A stretch of 64,000 bases of DNA, taken from positions 186,001 through 250,000 of the forward strand of contig MU005965.1 in assembly GCA_010093745.1 (NCBI GenBank). The letters run 5' to 3'. The position numbers were made by a program, and so were the translations under genes. How positions within the stretch are numbered: the stretch's first letter is position 1; each line of letters starts with the position of its first letter. Source of the DNA: Piedraia hortae CBS 480.64 (lineage: Eukaryota). Of this stretch, positions 57,616 to 64,000 are shown piece after piece. The notes beneath the pieces are model-generated. The model was not told the DNA's origin, searched no databases, and saw only the letters and a program-made list of their open reading frames with translations.

Positions 57616-60060
57616 CTAAGCCTGGACGACGCCTTGCGTTGCTTCCACGCCATTGGCTGATGTCCAGGTCTGTGCTCTTCGTGGCCAGACTCTCTTGTAG
57701 AGACTTACGGCCACGGCATCCATTGGGTTGATTTTCTCATCAAAAGTGGCCTTGAAGTACCCATGGGTGCCGAGGGTTTCCTTGATGAAACCACTGCGTC
57801 CGCGACGGGTCCACAGTGGCAGCCCTTTGAAATACTCTACGTCTTCACTGTTGAAGAACATGTACCTCACCGTGACAAGTTTCTTGTGAATCTTGTACGG
57901 GTGGCCAGTGAGAACAACGCGCTTCGCAACAATGCGAGAAGTGGCGGGTGGCAGAGTGGTGCCTGTCCCTATCAACTCCATCCCCTTGGACGCTTGGTTG
58001 CGCATGCATTGAGACAATGCGTCAACGGCGTCCGTAGGTTGCAAAGGCTTGAAATACAGACAGGGAACGCTGCCCCAGATCATGGGACCAATGATGCTGG
58101 CAACAGCGGTCCGACCGGGGTGTAGATATCGGTCGAACTTGTGCACACCATTTGGAGTGTGCCCTGCCTGACTAAAGAGCGGATTTATCAGCAACCGCCT
58201 GGGCCCACACTGCATAACCAGCTGCTCTTTGCTTTTGAGCGGCACGGGCGAATCGGAACTCAGAGTTATGGAAGCATTGAACGCCGTCTGTTTGTGCTCA
58301 TGCCGCAGCAAGGAGAAAATGGCCGTGGGTTTAGGCAGTTGCTGCAGCTTATTCGGCTGTGTGTCGTGTTGTATGCGGAGAACAATCTTTACCCTTATAC
58401 CCGCTCTGATGCCCTCATGAAATGCTTCCTTCATCACACGATTCTTGGCAGCTTTATAGTCAGCAACGTCCAATAGCCTGCTCCATTCTTCAGGCTCATA
58501 TGCCCTGTCCTCTTCCGTGTCCCACATGCTCGTGCGCATACTCTTGAGCCCTCTGTACCTTGCCAGCCGTTGCTTTGCGCTTACGCTAGGACGCAGCTCA
58601 ATTTCATCTGGAAACTCGAGGTCTTCTTGTGCTTCAACACGTCGTCTTTTGCGATACTCCGCGATTTCCTCTTCCTCATCCTCGGGAGAAGCATCTGCAA
58701 AGTCGCTCATTTCCGACGGTGCCTCGGGCTCAATGGGCTCGTACACGGTAGGCTCATCAAGAGTCATGCCAGCCGTCTTTTTGAGAATAGCTTCCTCATC
58801 CATGGCCAGCTGTTCCTCCACGTCCCCCTCCACGCTATCGACATCCGAGCCCGAGTCGGATTCGTCCCCCAAAAACCATGCTGATTGATAGTCGCTCGTT
58901 CCTCTGGGCAACTTTTTGGGTATTTTCATCTCATCTTCTTCGTCTTCATCAAAGTATTGGTGGTCGTCAATAAGAACATGCTTTCTTCCTACAGGCGCCC
59001 GTGCAGTGCCCCGAAAGTTTGAGTCATCCTGCACCATATCTTCTGGTGCGAGCTCAGCCAGATCATCCTGGTCATCAGTTGGCAGCGTCAGCACCTGATC
59101 ACCTCCTGGCTCGTCAACCACCATCTGGTTGGCCCTTGGCTTAACGGTCTTTCCTTCAGTGGGCGCTGCTAGTACTTTCTCAATCTGAAAGTCTCCCCAA
59201 TCGCCCACTTGGACCAAACGATCAGCCTTCAGCGGCCTCCCACGAACAGTACCAGTCACAGCCGGTTGACCGTCCAGCCACTGGACCTCATCAATCAACA
59301 GCCAGCTTCGAGCTTCACGCCACCTTATGTCTTTGGGCATTGTTGTGCACACACTCCGCATCACATTGCAGCAATCGTGGCGGTTACTCAAATCATGTAC
59401 CTTTTCCAAGCCAGCGAAGAAATGCGCCATGAAGCTGTTCAAACTCTTCAACGTCTCCGACTTCTTCTTTGCCGAGTCAAATTTACAGAGGTTGTGCACG
59501 CCGGCCAAGACGGTGGAGACGCCTTGTAACTCGATGCAGCGCAACATTTCCTCTCCCAACTGGTCCACTTCCTCTTCAGCGCTCAGAAGAAAAAGCACAT
59601 AGTCGGCAACGCGACAGGCGTCCATACAACCAAACAGGTCGCGATCAGGCGTGAGGTAGCGCACCTTTTGCTTGAACCGTGTCATTTCAAACACCCCACT
59701 TGAGAGATATGGCTGTTCGGTAGCATCGACACTCTCGTTGAGCGCTTCGGCAATGCCTTGGGCGAAAACATCTGCGCACAGCGGGATCAAGGCCACGATG
59801 CGGGGCGCAGCATCCCGTCCGCTGAAAATACTATTTTTTCCGTTCCTCTCGGCTAGTTTGTTCTGCCGAAGCTGCTTGGCATGGTTGCGCCGGTCTAGTT
59901 TGGACATGAGCTGCTGATGCGGTGTCTTCCTAGCGCCTTTCTCGCCGCTGGTCTTCCCCTTTGCCTGCTCTTTCAAGGCCGACTTTGTAGAGTGCTTGGA
60001 TTTGAACGGTTTATTGGTGGTTTTGGTTGTCGCACGGTGGTGATGATTCGCTGTCCCCAT
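57616..60060 (-). CDS. TSR1: 40S ribosome biogenesis factor Tsr1
   Basis: HHHRATTK..NKPFKSKH N-terminus, FPDEIEL, RYRGLKSMRTS.WD, KRVVLTGHPYKIHKK and GTHGYFKATFD. Confidence 0.97.
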   Translation of the reverse strand: MGTANHHHRATTKTTNKPFKSKHSTKSALKEQAKGKTSGEKGARKTPHQQLMSKLDRRNHAKQLRQNKLAERNGKNSIFSGRDAAPRIVALIPLCADVFAQGIAEALNESVDATEQPYLSSGVFEMTRFKQKVRYLTPDRDLFGCMDACRVADYVLFLLSAEEEVDQLGEEMLRCIELQGVSTVLAGVHNLCKFDSAKKKSETLKSLNSFMAHFFAGLEKVHDLSNRHDCCNVMRSVCTTMPKDIRWREARSWLLIDEVQWLDGQPAVTGTVRGRPLKADRLVQVGDWGDFQIEKVLAAPTEGKTVKPRANQMVVDEPGGDQVLTLPTDDQDDLAELAPEDMVQDDSNFRGTARAPVGRKHVLIDDHQYFDEDEEDEMKIPKKLPRGTSDYQSAWFLGDESDSGSDVDSVEGDVEEQLAMDEEAILKKTAGMTLDEPTVYEPIEPEAPSEMSDFADASPEDEEEEIAEYRKRRRVEAQEDLEFPDEIELRPSVSAKQRLARYRGLKSMRTSMWDTEEDRAYEPEEWSRLLDVADYKAAKNRVMKEAFHEGIRAGIRVKIVLRIQHDTQPNKLQQLPKPTAIFSLLRHEHKQTAFNASITLSSDSPVPLKSKEQLVMQCGPRRLLINPLFSQAGHTPNGVHKFDRYLHPGRTAVASIIGPMIWGSVPCLYFKPLQPTDAVDALSQCMRNQASKGMELIGTGTTLPPATSRIVAKRVVLTGHPYKIHKKLVTVRYMFFNSEDVEYFKGLPLWTRRGRSGFIKETLGTHGYFKATFDEKINPMDAVAVSLYKRVWPRRAQTWTSANGVEATQGVVQA

Positions 60061-60113
60061 GGTAGCGGAATTTAGGGTTCGCGGTCGTAAAGCGCGAATT
60101 GGTTGTGGTGCAC

Positions 60114-60122
60114 AAAATTTTT
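60114..60122. promoter_or_regulatory. RRPE-like element upstream of TSR1
   Basis: AAAATTTTT about 55 bp upstream of the start of a ribosome-biogenesis gene, in otherwise GC-balanced sequence. Confidence 0.4.
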
Positions 60123-61335
60123 ATACGCTCGCGCACGGACTGGAGGTAGAATGCGGGGTAAGTGGCAGCAGTGAAGTACACACGAATTCACCTATGCGCA
60201 TACCCAGCTACAAGTTCCGTACGTCCATTCGTCGATCGATGAGAAGCAGCGTGTCGAGAAAAGCTGGTATATTTGAACTCACCACAGACTGCTATCAACA
60301 TTGGATGAAATTTAGAGATGCGATCGAAGCTGTAAGCAAAAGGAAGGTTACAAAGGCGACAACATTGACGTATGTAATGACTTCCAAAGGTTTCTACTAC
60401 GTTGAATACAGCTGGAACTCAAGACCACCTTGTGCAGCACGTCTTATGAAAGGGCTCCCTCGACTTGGAATCCGTGGTGCGCACCCATTTATATAGCAAT
60501 CGCTTGACAAACAGCTCCCCCAGCCCAGCTCAGCACGACCCAAACCAGAAACGGTTGGCTAAGACGAACGGGTGGTAGGCGACGGTTAAAGTGTTGCAGT
60601 GCGCTAAGCGAGGACAGCCCCACTAAAATTTATTCCGACACGCGCACTCGCACACACACGGATGAAACACACACGTTCTGTACAGAACAAAGACATAGCA
60701 CAGTTTGATTTTGCAAGCCCGATGGATTCTAGCATTGTTGTCCAGTCACTGTTAAGACTACTACTGCTATGTCGGAGAACAATTCATCAGCGCACGGGCT
60801 GAACAAGTCCGTCATCGGACTCGGATTGCATTACCACGGTGACGCGCAACTGACCAGTTGTTTCAGTCGCGTTCTTACAGCGAATCGAAACAGCAATTCA
60901 TGAGAAGAATAATAACGCTTTTGATACGGCATGCCAAAGCACTAACGCTATCGCCTCGCCACGATCTCGACCTCGACCTCGACTATACACTGCCCTGATT
61001 CCAAAGTCCAGGTCATATCACAGCCGCAGCCGTCAAGGAGAGGCTGGACCAATCAAGGCATAGCGCAGACCCTGATGGATCGGACAAAGCTCTACCAGCG
61101 AAGAATAGCTGAGATGCTGCAGGAGAACTAACTACCCGTCAAGTCCATGCCATTTACACTGTTTAGCTTGGCACGAATACTCCCCGCGGCCCCTGCTACA
61201 AGTACACGCATCGGTCGACGCATCAGTCGACGCCTCTGCGCTCCATCGACCAAACTACAGTCGGACACAGGCCTATCGGGGTGCTGGAGCTGCTGCACCT
61301 CTGCTGCTTCCCGCAAACTGGTGGACCATGATGAC

Positions 61336-63831
61336 TTACTCTTCCTCGGATTCCTCGCTCTCGTCATCACCCGACGTCTCGTCTTGTGGCTGGGTCTGAC
61401 TGAACAGGCCAGCGTCGCCAGCGCTCATTTTGGAGAATTGGGCGAGTTTGCCCTGTAACGCCTGGATTTGGTACTCTTGCTCGCCCTTGCTCATGGGCTT
61501 GTGCTTTTTGCGCTTTTGGACGACCGGGCCACGCCCGTTGCGCTCGCCGAGGTAATCTTCATCACCATCCATGGCGCCATCGTCGGGCGGGGTGCCAGCC
61601 GCGTTCTTGGGCCGTCCGAAAAGACTACGAACGTACCTGAGCAACTTGACCTGCACATTGGAAGGCAGGTCGTCAATCTCGAGCTCCATATCCTCCATGT
61701 CACGATACCGGACACAGTTTTCAGTGATGATTCTGGTCAACTCCACCTGTTGCGAGTCCGTCATTCTGGACACAGCCTCTGAAATTTCTTGCTTCTCCTC
61801 AAAACTCATCTCCTTGGCCTTGCCCGACTTCTTACTCTTGCCTTTGGATTTGGACGCCGACGCACCGCCCTTCTTCTTGGAGCCTTTGGCCTTACCCTTT
61901 TTGGACTTGCTACCCTTTGCGTTACCCCCAAGCCCGGCCACCATGTTCTGCATTTGAGCGAGCTGCTCCTGCAACATCTTGATCTTTGCCGTGGCATCGT
62001 CATCGGCCGGCGCATCGTCATCATCGTCGTCGTCTCCGTCACTATCGTCATCTGACACGGAGCCGCCACGTGCAGAGGCTGGTGCATGTTCACGCTCCCA
62101 CTTGGCCTTGCCTTTCCACATCTCCTCAAAGCGTTGGCGAAATTGCACGCCTATCTCGTGCACGGGATTGCCCTGAGGGTTGAAGGTCAAGCAATTATCA
62201 ATCATCAGATCAAAGTCCTTCTTGAACTCGGCAGCGTTACCATACTCGCCCCCTTTCAGCTTGTGAGTGACGGTCGACAAGTCCATGGGCTTCTTGATGA
62301 CCTGGAAGTAGTGGGGGATGTTTAGTGCTACAGGGTCAACGGGTTGCATGAAGACGCCATTAATCTGCCACAGTTTGGGAGACTTCATCTGATCAAGAAC
62401 ATGCTCGCAGAAGCGGAGCTCCAGCTGGTGCTCTCTGCGCTTCGGCTTCGCGTACGAGATTTCACGGTTGACCGGAGGCTTAATGGCGCGCTTAGCACGC
62501 TCGGTGGCGACGCCGCTCTGACGCCTAATCTGAGGGAGACCATCAGCCTGTAGGGCGAACGTCTGGGTGTCGGTCCGCGCGCCTGACGTCCTGTCACGAC
62601 GCGTCTGTGTTTTGGAAGCCGACGTCGAGTTCTTGGACCCTTTAACCGGTGCCGTTTGGTCGGGCCCCGGGATTGCCTCCATCATGCGGTTGAAATACGC
62701 CTGCATATTCAAAGCAGACCCGGTAATGACATGCTGGTCGCCATTAAACTTGCGACAGTTGGCAATGATGAGATTGAAATCGTCCACAAACGCCTGCACC
62801 GTCTGGTACTGGCAACTCTTGAGCTTTTGATCCATGGTCCCGAGATCCATTGGACGCTTAATGACGTCGAAGTATGTAGGAATGTTCAGTGCGACGGGGT
62901 CAACAGGTTTAAGGAAGGGGGCAGAATGTTTGGTCTTTTTGAGATTCTTCATCTTATCCGTCAGCACAGTCCGCTGGAGGGACGTCATCGGGCCAGTGCC
63001 ATACGCTGGCGTTGGATGTTGGGCGGACTCATTGGACGACGGAGCTGCCGAGGCAGTATCGGCCGCAGCCTGCGCGCCACCTTCACTTGCCTGCGTGGCA
63101 GGCTGCTCTTCACCCTCGGTCTTGACAGCAGGGGCGACGTCTGATGCGAGCTCTGTTGGCACGTCCACCACTTTGGCGTCATCTGGTAATGCGCGTTCCT
63201 TTGATTCTTCCGCCTCTACCTTCGGCTCAGCCAGCGCGTGTGCCATGACTTCAGCCTCAGACGCGGGACCGTTGTCCTCCTCAGAGTCCGCCTGACCGTT
63301 CGGCTTCGCGTGCATACCCTCGCCATTCACGTTAGCCGGAGACGGCTGAATGTCCACCCTGCTGCGCTTAACGGCGCGACCACCGTTGTCATCGTCGCCA
63401 TCCTCATCGCGCGGACGCACGACGCCCTGCTCCGGCGTGGCGTCGGCTGCGGAGCCCAACATGTTGTGATCGGAATTTGTGGGAGCATTGAACGCCACGC
63501 ACGAGCCGGCATCGGCCGCGGTGTCAAGAGGAGCGGACATCATGCCATGATTGATCTCGGGGTTGGCGGCAGCAGGAGGGTCGGAAGGGGTCGGCTGAGA
63601 GGCATCTGCCATAACGACAGAGGGATTGGGCTGGGAAACATCAGGCATGTCGATGTCGTGAGGCGCATCAGGCGCGGCCAGCGAGTCTTCGGGCGGTGGG
63701 GTGGGATGCGACAACGTAGGTGGGTCCTTGGGGATGAATTCGGCAACGGGTTGGATACCGCTGGCGACATCCTCAATTGGCGCCGGGGCGGCGACATCCA
63801 TGTTGGACATCGGCTGAGAAGCGTTGTCCAT
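61336..63831 (-). CDS. BDF1: BET-family double-bromodomain protein with ET domain
   Basis: Two bromodomains (PVDPVALNIPTYFDVIKRPMDL, PVDPVALNIPHYFQVIKKPMDL) and the ET domain MSFEEKQEISEAV...ELEIDDLP. First ATG is at 63831. Confidence 0.96.
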   Translation of the reverse strand: MDNASQPMSNMDVAAPAPIEDVASGIQPVAEFIPKDPPTLSHPTPPPEDSLAAPDAPHDIDMPDVSQPNPSVVMADASQPTPSDPPAAANPEINHGMMSAPLDTAADAGSCVAFNAPTNSDHNMLGSAADATPEQGVVRPRDEDGDDDNGGRAVKRSRVDIQPSPANVNGEGMHAKPNGQADSEEDNGPASEAEVMAHALAEPKVEAEESKERALPDDAKVVDVPTELASDVAPAVKTEGEEQPATQASEGGAQAAADTASAAPSSNESAQHPTPAYGTGPMTSLQRTVLTDKMKNLKKTKHSAPFLKPVDPVALNIPTYFDVIKRPMDLGTMDQKLKSCQYQTVQAFVDDFNLIIANCRKFNGDQHVITGSALNMQAYFNRMMEAIPGPDQTAPVKGSKNSTSASKTQTRRDRTSGARTDTQTFALQADGLPQIRRQSGVATERAKRAIKPPVNREISYAKPKRREHQLELRFCEHVLDQMKSPKLWQINGVFMQPVDPVALNIPHYFQVIKKPMDLSTVTHKLKGGEYGNAAEFKKDFDLMIDNCLTFNPQGNPVHEIGVQFRQRFEEMWKGKAKWEREHAPASARGGSVSDDDSDGDDDDDDDAPADDDATAKIKMLQEQLAQMQNMVAGLGGNAKGSKSKKGKAKGSKKKGGASASKSKGKSKKSGKAKEMSFEEKQEISEAVSRMTDSQQVELTRIITENCVRYRDMEDMELEIDDLPSNVQVKLLRYVRSLFGRPKNAAGTPPDDGAMDGDEDYLGERNGRGPVVQKRKKHKPMSKGEQEYQIQALQGKLAQFSKMSAGDAGLFSQTQPQDETSGDDESEESEEE

Positions 63832-64000
63832 CAAAGACGCATCGACGAAGCAGCACACGTGACAGTCAACAGCGCGACTGTGACCGTTGGTGCGCCCAAA
63901 GGAGACTGTCGCAAATGGAGGGCACGTGATCAGTCGATGGCGGAATCGATAGCGGCGCTGACGATATGCGCGCCAATTGTATGTAACAGTCGGTCGGGAG

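Noticed and set aside
18448..63831. Apparent chromatin/ubiquitin cluster (two bromodomain genes, two E3 ligases, a proteasome subunit)
   Set aside because: These are common housekeeping classes, interspersed with unrelated genes, with no shared regulatory signal seen.

Overview
Eukaryotic (filamentous ascomycete, probably Dothideomycete) genomic DNA, judged from short GT-AG introns with CTAAC/CTGAC branch sites and Pezizomycotina-type proteins. The left ~31 kb is a mosaic of genes and decayed transposons (several hAT copies including one with intact TIRs, PIF/Harbinger, two IS630-Tc1-mariner types, Tad1-clade LINE fragments, a Ty3/gypsy gag scrap). Genes there are a bZIP/DUF3425 factor, an ADAM metalloprotease, a small 3-exon coiled-coil gene missed by the ORF track, a BRD8-like bromodomain protein, PRE8, a RING-CH ligase and ADE8. 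At 31-37.5 kb lie a tandem pair of carbonyl-reductase SDRs (the first with an in-frame TAG), a small Cys-rich secreted protein, an orphan coiled-coil ORF and a probable secreted-protein pseudogene. The right ~26 kb is a compact housekeeping block with no recognisable TEs (KH protein, NRK1, two hypotheticals, YMR1, TOM1, TSR1, BDF1). I see no complete novel multi-gene system. The best leads are a recurrent structured RNA motif at LINE 3' ends (also present as a TSD-flanked 115-bp insertion), repeated orientation-independent C-to-G skew switches, and the TAG-interrupted SDR paralog. All calls come from reading the sequence; no searches were run.
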